A stretch of 64,000 nucleotides of DNA, from NCBI GenBank assembly GCA_044376115.1, contig JBILLK010000029.1, positions 64,001 through 128,000 on the forward strand. The letters are read 5' to 3'. Below are positions 20,075 to 29,288 of this stretch, piece after piece; the stretch's first letter is position 1, and each line of letters starts with the position of its first letter. Made by a program: the position numbers and the translations under genes. This DNA is from Polyangiaceae bacterium. Its GTDB lineage: Bacteria; Myxococcota_A; Polyangia; Polyangiales; Polyangiaceae. Below the pieces are notes generated by a model. The model was given only the letters and a program-made list of their open reading frames with translations. It had not been told where the DNA came from and did not search any database.

Positions 20075-21193
20075 TCAGGGCTGCGGCCGGAGCAAGAGCG
20101 CTACCGGGTCCAACGCGACCGTCACGAGCGCGGTCAGTACAGCCACCAATAGGCCAAGCGCGGCTCCGATCGCCCATCGCCTCGGCCTCAGCGTAGCGTG
20201 CTCACTTGGCTGAGCTACTTGTTGCTTCGGCGCTGCGACCTTGGCGGCTGGATGGCTCTGGATAGCGGTGCGTTGGGCAACCAGCTCCGCCCTTGGAGCG
20301 ACGGGCACGCTCTGCGCGACAACGTTGGCAGGCTGGATAACGCCCGGCGGAGGATCGAACGTGGCCAAGCAGGCCAGCAACCCATCGAGCGAGGGCCGCC
20401 TCGCACGATCGGTTGCAAGCATGGCAGCGACGAGGTCCAGCAGGCGCTTGGGCAGATCAGGTCGCAGTTCCGCGAGCGGCAATACCGCGCTTGAAGAGAG
20501 CTGCTTGACGTATTGACCTAAGTTGGCCGCTTCAATCGGTCTGCAACCTGCAAGGCACTCGTAGAGCACGACGCCCAAGGCGAACACATCTGCACGAGCG
20601 TCGGTATCTGCCTCACCAAAGGCTTGCTCCGGTGCCATATAGCAAGGCGTTCCTAGCGTTGCCCCAGTCGAGGTAACCGGCCCGGGAGCGCCCTCTCGCT
20701 GCATCATCTTGGCGATGCCAAAGTCGAGCAGCTTTGGCATCACGAGTCCCCACGGTGTCCGAGCGAGAAAGATGTTGTCCGGCTTGATATCCCGGTGAAC
20801 GATGCCGTGCGCGTGAACCGCGGCGGTCGCTCCCACGATTGGACCCAAGAGCGCTGCTACTTCACGCAAAGCCATCGGTTCACGGTCTGCAAGACGACTG
20901 CCCAGCGTCTGACCCTCCAGCAGCTCCATGACCAGCCCGAGCGTTCCGTCCCCCAGCTGAAACACATCGAGCACTTCAACCAAGTTGGGGTGAACAAACG
21001 CGTTGGCGATGCGTGCTTCAGCCAAGAACCGAGCGCGAGCATCTTCTCGCTTGAGTGCCGGACCTACCAACAGCTTGACGGCGCGTTTGACGCCTTCCAC
21101 TCGATCGAGGACCGACCATACCTCACCAAAGCCACCAGTACCGAGGTGGGCGATGGTTTCGTAACGTGCGACGAGCAGCTCGCCGGCCTTCAC
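20075..21193 (-). CDS. Ser/Thr protein kinase with C-terminal TM anchor
   Basis: [29 protein letters not shown]. Start overlaps the stop of the upstream activator. Confidence 0.95.
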   Translation of the reverse strand: MKAGELLVARYETIAHLGTGGFGEVWSVLDRVEGVKRAVKLLVGPALKREDARARFLAEARIANAFVHPNLVEVLDVFQLGDGTLGLVMELLEGQTLGSRLADREPMALREVAALLGPIVGATAAVHAHGIVHRDIKPDNIFLARTPWGLVMPKLLDFGIAKMMQREGAPGPVTSTGATLGTPCYMAPEQAFGEADTDARADVFALGVVLYECLAGCRPIEAANLGQYVKQLSSSAVLPLAELRPDLPKRLLDLVAAMLATDRARRPSLDGLLACLATFDPPPGVIQPANVVAQSVPVAPRAELVAQRTAIQSHPAAKVAAPKQQVAQPSEHATLRPRRWAIGAALGLLVAVLTALVTVALDPVALLLRPQP

Positions 21194-22515
21194 GGAAGAC
21201 CGTGTTCGCGCAGCTTGTTGTAAAGGCTCGCACGACTGATGCCAAGCAGCCGCGAGGCCTTCGCGCGGTTACCTTCAGCCGCTTTCAACGCCCTGCTAAT
21301 TGCTTCCTTTTCAGCCGCGCGCATCGACTCGTCGAGCGGGCGCACCTGTTCCACCGGGCGGTGCTCACTGATGCTGCTCAGTTCGGCTACCAGCGATTCG
21401 AACGGCGAAACATCCGAGACGCTGCGCTGGACGTCCGCTTCCGTGATCAGCTCTCCGGAGCCCAACACGACGAGCCTCTCGACGAAGTTCTGCAGCTGCC
21501 GCACGTTACCCGGCCACCTCATGCGACGAATCAGGTTGAGCGCCTCGAGCGAAATGCTCATATTCCCCCGCTGGTTTTCGCGGGCGAAGCGCGCACAGAA
21601 CTGCACCGCCAGGAGTTCGAGGTCGCGGCCGCGAGCTCGCAGCGGAGGTACCCATAGCGGCACGACGTTGAGCCGGTAGAACAGATCCTCGCGGAAGGTC
21701 CCTGCCTTTACCATCGCCTCGAGATCACGATGGGTTGCAGCCACGAAGCGAACATCCGCTCGAAGCGGTGCTACTCCACCGAGGCGCTGATATTCCCGCT
21801 CTTGAATAAGCCGCAACAGCTTGGCCTGAGTAGCGGCAGTGATCTCTCCGATCTCATCGAGGAACAGCGTGCCTCCTGAGGCTGCCTCCACCCGTCCGAT
21901 CTTTCGAGCAACGGCCCCGGTGAATGCCCCTTTCTCGTAGCCAAACAGTTCGCTCTCCAGCAGGGACTCGGGCAACGCAGCGCAATGCAATGCCACGAAC
22001 GGCCCCTGCGCTCGCGGACTCATCTGATGGAGGGCCTTGGCAACGAGTTCCTTGCCGGTGCCAGTCTCCCCTCGAACGAGAACCGTCGCCATCCCCGTTG
22101 CAGATCGGGCAATCATCTCACGAACGCGATCCATCACCGACGATGTCCCAAGGAGGTTCGCCATAGGTTCGATCGAAAGCGGCTCGTGCGAGGTCTTCTC
22201 GTATTGAAGAAGCAGCGTCTGGCGTACGCACAAAAGAGCTTCTTCCCGCTCGCTCGAGCGCAGTACCGCAACCGGAAGCTCAGGCAGGTGTTGGCGAACC
22301 TTCTCGATCAGTGCGGCGTACGCGGCCTCTTGCGCAGCCTCGATCAAGACGATGTCGAACGCGCGCCGGCTAACCGCATCCCAAACGGCCTCGGCGGTAC
22401 TGAAGAATGACGCGGATATCTCACTATTGGCCAGGACTCCGGCCCAGTGGTTAGAACCAACCACGACGGCTCTAACTCCAGCGGGGATGGCACAAGGCTC
22501 TCTGTCCGTTCGCAC
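21190..22515 (-). CDS. sigma54-dependent enhancer-binding protein (NtrC/Fis family) with degenerate receiver domain
   Basis: [45 protein letters not shown], Fis-type HTH ([13 protein letters not shown]). Confidence 0.95.
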   Translation of the reverse strand: MRTDREPCAIPAGVRAVVVGSNHWAGVLANSEISASFFSTAEAVWDAVSRRAFDIVLIEAAQEAAYAALIEKVRQHLPELPVAVLRSSEREEALLCVRQTLLLQYEKTSHEPLSIEPMANLLGTSSVMDRVREMIARSATGMATVLVRGETGTGKELVAKALHQMSPRAQGPFVALHCAALPESLLESELFGYEKGAFTGAVARKIGRVEAASGGTLFLDEIGEITAATQAKLLRLIQEREYQRLGGVAPLRADVRFVAATHRDLEAMVKAGTFREDLFYRLNVVPLWVPPLRARGRDLELLAVQFCARFARENQRGNMSISLEALNLIRRMRWPGNVRQLQNFVERLVVLGSGELITEADVQRSVSDVSPFESLVAELSSISEHRPVEQVRPLDESMRAAEKEAISRALKAAEGNRAKASRLLGISRASLYNKLREHGLP

Positions 22516-22569
22516 GGCGCCACTATAGCCCGCTTCGTTCCAGCCGTTGCCTCGCTTTGCCCGAGCTTC

Positions 22570-22730
22570 GCTGGTGGCCGCCAGCTCCGACGGCGCACCT
22601 TGCTCGACGAGCTTGACGTAGACGGATTGCCGTAGCCCTCGAGCGAGCGATACACGTCGCGGGCGAGCTTCTCTTCCTCTCGCATGAACAGAAGGGATTC
22701 GACCTCAAGCTCGGAGAGTGAAACCGACGC
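22570..22730 (-). pseudogene. DUF2202 (ferritin-like) remnant
   Basis: [24 protein letters not shown], then a frameshifted [15 protein letters not shown]. In-frame TGA upstream; no intact start or end. Confidence 0.7.
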
Positions 22731-22985
22731 ACCTCACCGCCAGAGGCATCGTTCGACCCGCTGCCAGTGCCTCTCCGGGGCCGTGCCCCGCGCAACTCGT
22801 GACCGACCGCCGATAGCCATCGCATGAACAGGATTCGCTCCTCTGTCCGTAAGAGTCCGGCTGCTGAAGAAGGATTCGACGTCGACCGACAAAAGCTCGT
22901 TCGCTCAGAACAGCTGCTAGCGTCTCGCTGTTCCTCTACTTCTGCCTGCTGGTCTTCACGTTCTTGAGCGTATCTTTGGGGAACG

Positions 22986-23549
22986 TTGGAGCAGGCCAGC
23001 AGTTTCTCGACTGAGCGCGCGTTGTGGCTCAATCGAACAATCGTAAGTGAGCGATTGTCGCTCGAGCCGCTGCTAGCGCTGCATGGGCAGGCGATGTTCG
23101 AGCCTCTGCAGGCGGCTGCGCTATACACCTGGATCTCGGCCACTCCGCCGGCGACGCAAGCGGCGCTGGCCGCGCGTTGGCTGCGCAACGAGTCGCGCCT
23201 GGCGCCCGACGGCAGCAGCGCATGGCTGGCGTGGGCGGTGCGCTGGGGCGACGAACTCGTCGGCAAGCTCGACGCTGAGATCACGGCCGATAACGTCGCC
23301 AGCAACGTCGGCTATCTTTTCTTCGTCGATCACTGGGGCAAGGGCCTCGCGAGCGAAGCCGTGCGCGCGCTTTCGGACCGCCTGATTGTGGACGGCGTGC
23401 GCGAGCAGCACGCGACGGTGACCGTCGGCAATCACGCCTCCTGCCGCGTGCTCGAGAAATGCGGCTTCGAGCCGAACGGGCTTTTGCCGGCGAACGACGT
23501 CATCCGTGGCGTCGCCCATGACGACCTTGCCTACGTACGACGCGGCTAA
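22986..23549 (+). CDS. GNAT N-acetyltransferase (RimJ/RimL-like)
   Basis: SERLSLEPL, VGYLF..HWGKGLASEAV, N.ASCRVLEKCGF. Confidence 0.88.
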   Translation: MEQASSFSTERALWLNRTIVSERLSLEPLLALHGQAMFEPLQAAALYTWISATPPATQAALAARWLRNESRLAPDGSSAWLAWAVRWGDELVGKLDAEITADNVASNVGYLFFVDHWGKGLASEAVRALSDRLIVDGVREQHATVTVGNHASCRVLEKCGFEPNGLLPANDVIRGVAHDDLAYVRRG

Positions 23550-24529
23550 CCGCCAGCGGCCGCACACGCCGAGAACGCTCGCGTAAGCGCCTCTCGCTCG
23601 AGACCAAAACCGACGACCACCAAGCGGCTGGTGCGCGGCTGCTCGTCCCACGGCTCGCCGAAGCTGAGTTCGAACCGATCGGCGACGCCCTGAACGATCA
23701 TGCGGGTGGGCAAGCCCTCGACCGCGAGGATGCCTTTGGAACGAAGCAGACGGCCGGAGAAACGCTCGAGCTCGGTCTCCATGAACTCAGCGAAAAGGTC
23801 GCCGTCGAGCTCACCGTCGAGAACCAGGGAGATCGATTCGAATACGTGTTCGCTCGTGCGCCTTGGCGAAGGCTGCGCTGGCGCGAAGTCGGCGCGTCTT
23901 TGCGCGAGCAGGGCCTCTAGCGTTGCAAACGCTGGGTCATCGAACTCGCCACGGCTAGCGGTGGCGATCAGGGCAGCGCCGTTGTGCTCTTCGATCAAAG
24001 CTCGGGCGCGAAGGCGCGCTTCGGGCGCGCATTGATCGACCCGCGAGAGCACGACGACATCGGCGAAGCCCACTTGCTCGAGCGCGAGTTCGTACGCCGA
24101 GAGCACCTCCATACGCGTCGCATCGACGACCGTGATGATGCCGTCGAGCGTATGCGCTCCGTGCGGCGCGCTGCCAGCGACGGCGTGCACGACCCCCGCG
24201 GGCGAGGCTGCTCCGGAGGTCTCGACCACGATCCGTTTCGGCGGAAGTGGAGCCGAAGCGAGTTCGGCGAGCGCTCGTACGAGCTCGGCTTGGGTCGAGC
24301 AGCACACGCAACCGCCGGCGATTTCGATTATGGCGCGCACCCGTGCACTGAGCAGCGCGCCATCGATCCCGACCTTGCCGATCTCGTTCACGATCACCGC
24401 AATCTCCCCGCGCTCGACGTCGGCGAGCCAGCGGTTCACCAGCGTGGTCTTGCCGGCACCAAGAAACCCGGTCACGACCGTTACCGGCGTTGGTGAGGAT
24501 TCGGCCATTGGGACATGCTCGCGATTCAC
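23546..24529 (-). CDS. COG0523/CobW-family GTPase metallochaperone
   Basis: GFLGAGKTT, VNEIG, GGCVCC, ETSG, CobW_C-like LLRSKG...QGV. Confidence 0.93.
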   Translation of the reverse strand: MNREHVPMAESSPTPVTVVTGFLGAGKTTLVNRWLADVERGEIAVIVNEIGKVGIDGALLSARVRAIIEIAGGCVCCSTQAELVRALAELASAPLPPKRIVVETSGAASPAGVVHAVAGSAPHGAHTLDGIITVVDATRMEVLSAYELALEQVGFADVVVLSRVDQCAPEARLRARALIEEHNGAALIATASRGEFDDPAFATLEALLAQRRADFAPAQPSPRRTSEHVFESISLVLDGELDGDLFAEFMETELERFSGRLLRSKGILAVEGLPTRMIVQGVADRFELSFGEPWDEQPRTSRLVVVGFGLEREALTRAFSACAAAGG

Positions 24530-24555
24530 GTACGCGAGCGCAAGCCGAGGGAGCG

Positions 24556-25359
24556 CTACAGCCTCGAGCGCACCACCACCGCGAGCACGAGCACCACCGC
24601 GACAGCCATTCCAAAGAAGGCCGCGCGGCGCTCGCGCGGCGGTAGCGTGCGGAAGGCGGGCTCACTCAGGTTGGCGCAAAGGCCAATCGTCACCAACGCT
24701 GGAACGGCTAGCCCAAGCAATGCCGAGGCCGCGAAGGCGAGCAGCAGACCCAGCGTTGCGCCCACCAAGGTGCGCAGCGTCTTCAAATGATGGCGACGCA
24801 TCACGCCGACGAGCAACGCGAGAAACACGAGATCGCCCACACCGAGCAGCAGGCTGAGCGCGTTGGTTCCCGGCACGGCTACAGCCAGCGCAAAGACCGA
24901 GAGAGCGCGCTCGCTGGCGGCGATCGAGTGCGTTGGCCCCTCGGGGCTGAGCACCGAAGCAACGTCCGCGGCAGCGGCCACCACCGAGGCGGGCAGCACG
25001 TGGCCAGGCGATGCAATCCGCTCGCCCACCGCCGAGCCGAGCGCCCGACCGATCACGAGCAGCGCGGTCACTTGCAAAGCGAGCGTAAAGCGATCGAGCC
25101 CCACGCGATCGACGACCACGAGCAGCGCTGCCGCGCCTGCGAGCATCGCCAGCGTGATTGGCCCCGCAAGCGGCAGGAAGTCGCGGTCTTGCGCTGGTCT
25201 GCGCAAAAACATCGCCACTAACACCACGACGATGCCCCAGGCTGTCGCGCACAAATCGGCGAGCGCGGCGGGCACTGGCAAGGACGGCGCAAGCCAAGCG
25301 AAAGCGCTGGAGGCCAAGCCAAGCGCAGCTGGCACCAGCACGACCTCCAGCCGCTTCAC
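24556..25359 (-). CDS. Polytopic membrane protein, presenilin/signal-peptide-peptidase-like GxGD aspartyl protease
   Basis: About 8-9 TM segments. ADVASVLSPEGPT, LGVGDLVF and VPAL occur in the order of the A22 YD/GxGD/PAL motifs. Confidence 0.65.
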   Translation of the reverse strand: MKRLEVVLVPAALGLASSAFAWLAPSLPVPAALADLCATAWGIVVVLVAMFLRRPAQDRDFLPLAGPITLAMLAGAAALLVVVDRVGLDRFTLALQVTALLVIGRALGSAVGERIASPGHVLPASVVAAAADVASVLSPEGPTHSIAASERALSVFALAVAVPGTNALSLLLGVGDLVFLALLVGVMRRHHLKTLRTLVGATLGLLLAFAASALLGLAVPALVTIGLCANLSEPAFRTLPPRERRAAFFGMAVAVVLVLAVVVRSRL

Positions 25360-26558
25360 CGCTTGATCGCCTTGTCGTGCTCGGCGAGGGACTCACTGAA
25401 GGTGTGCCTTCCGCCTCCCTTGGCGACGAAGAAGAGGTAGTCGGTGTGGGCGGGCGCGAGCACCGCGCGCAGCGAGCGTTCACCGGGGTTGGCGATCGGG
25501 CCGGGCGGCAGCCCCACGTTGGTGTAGGTACTGTATTGGTTTAGCTTGTCGCGGTTCATCGCCGGCGTGACTTTGCCTTCAAAACCTTTGCAACTCGGCA
25601 CTTCGGTGGGCCGGCGCAAACAGTCGTAGGCGCTCGATGGATCGGACTGCAGCAACTTTGGCGTGAAGCTGTCCCTGGTCAAGCGGTTGAGAAAGACGCT
25701 GGCGATGATCGGCCGCTCATCGTCAACGGCGGCTTCCTTCTCCACCAGCGACGCCAGCGTGAGGATCTCGAAGCGGCTCCAACCGAGCTCGTTTTGCAAG
25801 GCGAGCAACGCCGGCTCGTGGTCTTCGGCGATGCGAGCCCAGCGCCGATTCGACTCGCGCACCATGCGCTCGAGCACGCTCGCGGCCTCGCAGTTCTTGG
25901 GGAACTCGTAGGTGGCCGGGAACAGGTAGCCCTCCGCGCTCTCGATCGGCTTGGTCGTGCCTTGCACCTCCAGCCGCTTGAGTTCCTGTGGGTCACGCGC
26001 GATGCGTAGGAACTCGGAGCGCGAAACGACGCGCAGCTTCTCCAAGCGCTCGGCGATCGCGAACATGGTGAAGCCCTCGGGGATGGTCACCTTGACCTTG
26101 GGCCGCCCATCCGAGCGCGCGAGCAGTTGGCTGAGTTCACGCGGGCTGGCACCGCCGTCGACGAGGTGGTTGCCCGGAGCGAAGCTGCGGGGCGAAAGCC
26201 AAAGGTAGACGGCCATCAACGCGCGGCTAGAGACGGCCCCTTGGTCGTGCAAGAGCGCAGCGATCTCGCTCGAGCTCGCGCCCTCAGGCACATCGATCTC
26301 GAGCGCCGATCCTGCGAGCGGGCCCTCGGCTTCGGCGAAGCGGGCCAGGTAAACGCCACCACCGAGTACAGCGACCAGCAGCGCGCACAGCCCGACGATC
26401 ACGGCCTGCCAAGCCCGCGACAGCTGCCAAAAGGAACGCCGCTGCGGCGCCGATTTGCGGTTCGCGCCCGACGGCCGCGACTCGGGCTTTTGCGACCCCG
26501 GCGCACGGGCTCTGGCTGGCCGGGCTTTGGGCGCCGCCCGAACGTTCGCTCGCTTCAC
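25356..26558 (-). CDS. mltG: Endolytic transglycosylase MltG
   Basis: TIPEGF, EGYLFPATY, LASLVEKE, VFLNRL, LQSDP, GLPPGPIANPG, YLFFVA. Confidence 0.95.
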   Translation of the reverse strand: MKRANVRAAPKARPARARAPGSQKPESRPSGANRKSAPQRRSFWQLSRAWQAVIVGLCALLVAVLGGGVYLARFAEAEGPLAGSALEIDVPEGASSSEIAALLHDQGAVSSRALMAVYLWLSPRSFAPGNHLVDGGASPRELSQLLARSDGRPKVKVTIPEGFTMFAIAERLEKLRVVSRSEFLRIARDPQELKRLEVQGTTKPIESAEGYLFPATYEFPKNCEAASVLERMVRESNRRWARIAEDHEPALLALQNELGWSRFEILTLASLVEKEAAVDDERPIIASVFLNRLTRDSFTPKLLQSDPSSAYDCLRRPTEVPSCKGFEGKVTPAMNRDKLNQYSTYTNVGLPPGPIANPGERSLRAVLAPAHTDYLFFVAKGGGRHTFSESLAEHDKAIKR

Positions 26559-26671
26559 CCGCGAGCCCTGGGCTTTGAGGGAAGTCCGCGTCGCATCGCG
26601 CGCAGCCTAGCGCGTCACCTCGCGCTTGCGAGTCTTTTTCCCATTCGCCGAAGGTCGGGTATAGGCCGGCA

Positions 26672-27052
26672 ATGGCCGCTCTCCTGCCGCTTCCCCGAGT
26701 GCTCGTCCCTCACCCGCACGTGCGAGTCGACGACGCGATCCTGGCCGGCAGTCCGCATGTCGTGGGCTCGAAGGTCCCCGTCCGCCGACTCTGGGCCTGG
26801 CATCGCAGTGGCATCACGGTGGAAACGCTGGTGCGCCGCTACCCGAACCTCGGGCCCGGCAAGATCCTTGATGCGCTCTCCTTCGCCTACGACAACGTCG
26901 ACGTGATCACCGCCGACCTCGATCGCGAGCAGGCCGTGCTCAGCGACCAAACCAAAACGGCAGCACCGGTTCCGACCAACCAACTTGCGTTGCCCTTCTC
27001 CGGCGAACCAGCCAGCCCAACGCCGGCGAAGCCCAAAGCGAAGCGGCGCTGA
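26672..27052 (+). CDS. DUF433 domain protein
   Basis: ILAGSPHVVGSKVPV..L......G.....YPNL....I.DAL pattern. Confidence 0.85.
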   Translation: MAALLPLPRVLVPHPHVRVDDAILAGSPHVVGSKVPVRRLWAWHRSGITVETLVRRYPNLGPGKILDALSFAYDNVDVITADLDREQAVLSDQTKTAAPVPTNQLALPFSGEPASPTPAKPKAKRR

Positions 27053-27411
27053 GCTGTCCCAGCTCGCACCAGCAAGCCATTCGCACTGTAAGAATTCAGC
27101 CTTACTTGAACGGCCAAACGAGAACTGCGGGCGCCAAACAATGAGCGGCGGCTCGTGAGCCGCTATTGACCGCTAATGCGTCCTTTACAGCGCGCGGCGG
27201 ACCGGACTAAAGAGCGTCGCGCGGGGCCAGTATGAGCCCGTCTTTGCGCTGGGGGTTTTCGGTCGAGCCCCAAGTCGGAGTGGCTCGGGGGTTTTGAGAT
27301 GCCCGCGCCTTCCACGGTGTGGGGCTCTTGAATGCACAGGTACGCAAGACTCTACTTGCGCAAAAGTCACGCGGTTTAGGGCCTCTACGGCCCGCCATTT
27401 TGGAGGTTTTC

Positions 27412-28671
27412 ATGAAGGTCAGTCGCTGGAAGGTCGTTGCTCTCCCCGTCGCTTTGTTCGGCGTTGCTTCTCCCATGCTCGCCAACTGCGATGCTCTCTC
27501 GGGCCTCGCCAAAGACCCGTCCAAGCTCGGTGAACTCGCTGAGGGTTGCCCCGAGTACGACAAGGCCGACTTCTCGGGTATGCAGCTCGACGCCAAGATG
27601 AAGGGTCTGCTCGATGCCTCCGCCAAGTTCGACAAGCTGGCCGTCGAGATGGAGCTCGGCCTGATTGAGTCCTGCGGCGAGCTCGGCAAGGCGCTCGGCA
27701 TGAAGGAAGAGGAGCTCAAGGCTGAGGCCGGTGGTGGCGAAGGCGCCAAGAAGGCCTGTGAAGCTGTGGCCGGCAAGCTGGACGCCTTCATGAAGGCGAA
27801 CCTCGATGCCAAGCTCAGCATCACCATCACGCCCCCCAAGTGCTACGCGTCGATCGACGCGATGACCTCCTGCCTCGCTGACTGCGGGAGCCCGGTGAGC
27901 CCGGGTGAATTCAAGGCCTCCTGTCAGGGCGGCGAGCTCTCCGGTGAGTGCAGCGGCAAGTGCGAAGGCTCCTGCAGCGTGGACGCAGGCGCTGAGTGCA
28001 AAGGCACCTGCGGTGGCTCCTGCTCCGGCAAGTGCGACGTGAAGTTCAGCGGCAAGTGCGGTGGCAAGTGCAACGGTAAGTGCGACGGCAAAGACTCCAA
28101 GGGCGCCAAGTGCGCTGGCACCTGCGATGGCTCCTGCGACGCACAGGCTGAAGGCTCCTGCGGCGGCACCTGCGAAGGCAAGTGCGACGTGAAGTGTGAA
28201 GCCAAGGTCACCGGCGGCTGCTCGGGTCAGTGCACCGGCGGCTGTGACGTGGAGTTCAAGGCCCCGAGCTGCACGGGCGAGTTCAAGCCGCCGAAGGTCA
28301 GCATGGAGTGCCAGTCGCAGTGCGCCGCCAAGGCCGCTGGCAGCCTCAAGTGTGATCCCCCGGGCCTCACCGTTCTCGTGAACGGCAAGTCCTCGGCGGA
28401 GCTCACCACGGTGATCGCCGGTCTCAAGAAGGCCCTCCCGAAGATCGTGGAAATCAACCTCGGCAAGGGCAAGGCCCTGATCAAGGCTGGCGCAGACCTC
28501 GGCACGCAGATCAGCGGCTCGGTTGACGCCATCGGCAAAGCCAGCGCCAAGGCTGCTCTTTGCGCTGGTATCGCCGCCAAGGGCGTCGCCACGGCAGCAG
28601 CCGGCGTGACCCTCTCGGTGGACGTCAGCGTCAAGGTCAGCGGCTCGGCCACTGGCAAGGTTGGCGGCTGA
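27412..28671 (+). CDS. Cys-rich repeat lipoprotein (CxGxC repeats between helical domains)
   Basis: GGAGG RBS before ATG 27412. Lipobox LANC. Long C-x-G-x-C array. Very strong codon bias. Confidence 0.9.
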   Translation: MKVSRWKVVALPVALFGVASPMLANCDALSGLAKDPSKLGELAEGCPEYDKADFSGMQLDAKMKGLLDASAKFDKLAVEMELGLIESCGELGKALGMKEEELKAEAGGGEGAKKACEAVAGKLDAFMKANLDAKLSITITPPKCYASIDAMTSCLADCGSPVSPGEFKASCQGGELSGECSGKCEGSCSVDAGAECKGTCGGSCSGKCDVKFSGKCGGKCNGKCDGKDSKGAKCAGTCDGSCDAQAEGSCGGTCEGKCDVKCEAKVTGGCSGQCTGGCDVEFKAPSCTGEFKPPKVSMECQSQCAAKAAGSLKCDPPGLTVLVNGKSSAELTTVIAGLKKALPKIVEINLGKGKALIKAGADLGTQISGSVDAIGKASAKAALCAGIAAKGVATAAAGVTLSVDVSVKVSGSATGKVGG

Positions 28672-28707
28672 GGCTAGCTCACCAGCCTCACACGGTTGGT
28701 TGAAACG

Positions 28708-28747
28708 GAAACGGGCGGTTCCTGAGAGCCGCCCGTTTCGCTTTTGT
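28708..28747 (+). terminator. Intrinsic terminator
   Basis: Stem GAAACGGGCGGTT/AGCCGCCCGTTTC followed by GCTTTTGT, between convergent genes. Confidence 0.85.
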
Positions 28748-28754
28748 TGGTCAG

Positions 28755-29183
28755 CTACTGAGGCACGACCAGCGGCGCTGTCTGCGGCGCGGCGGCTCCT
28801 TGCGGCGCGCCTTCGGCAGTCCCGTCAACGCCGTCGCAGTTCTGATCGATCCCGTCTCCCAGCGTGTCGGGAGCCGCGGGGAAGCGCTGAGGGTCGTGGT
28901 CCTCACAATCGATCGGCCTGCCGTCCGAAGCGCCACCGCGACAATCCACAGCGCCATCGCGATCCGCGTCTTCACACATCGCCGCCGGTCGCTCGACTGG
29001 CATGGGCATCGCCATTCCGTAGCAGGCCATCAGTGTGACCATCGTCACGCCCGCAGCAGCAGCCTTTGCTACCGATCGGAGCGCCGAGCCCGAGGCTTCA
29101 CGTTTGCCGCAGTGGGGACAAGCAGCCAAACTCTGCGGGACAAAGCCCCCACAACCTTCACACGCTGACAGAACAGCCATCAT
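28755..29183 (-). CDS. Small lipoprotein with N-terminal zinc ribbon and MopE-like putative metal-binding repeat
   Basis: CEGC..CPHC; TLMAC lipobox; DADRDG...DCEDHDP..P.A.D...DGIDQNCDG. Confidence 0.8.
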   Translation of the reverse strand: MMAVLSACEGCGGFVPQSLAACPHCGKREASGSALRSVAKAAAAGVTMVTLMACYGMAMPMPVERPAAMCEDADRDGAVDCRGGASDGRPIDCEDHDPQRFPAAPDTLGDGIDQNCDGVDGTAEGAPQGAAAPQTAPLVVPQ

Positions 29184-29288
29184 TCCTCCGAATGCTCCAA
29201 CGGACGGGAGCGCTCGCAGCTTACGCGCCCAAGCGACGACTCTGCACCTCTCGCTGCGGCGAACTCGGCCTCATGCCTCAATCAGGCG

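Noticed and set aside
22870..23014. Plus-strand hydrophobic stretch SLFLYFCLLVFTFLSVSL
   Set aside because: No start codon after the upstream in-frame stop; at most a gene fragment.
26575..26600. GAGGGAAGTCCG resembling the RNase P RNA 5' conserved region
   Set aside because: Imperfect match, in a 113-bp gap, with no 3' conserved region.
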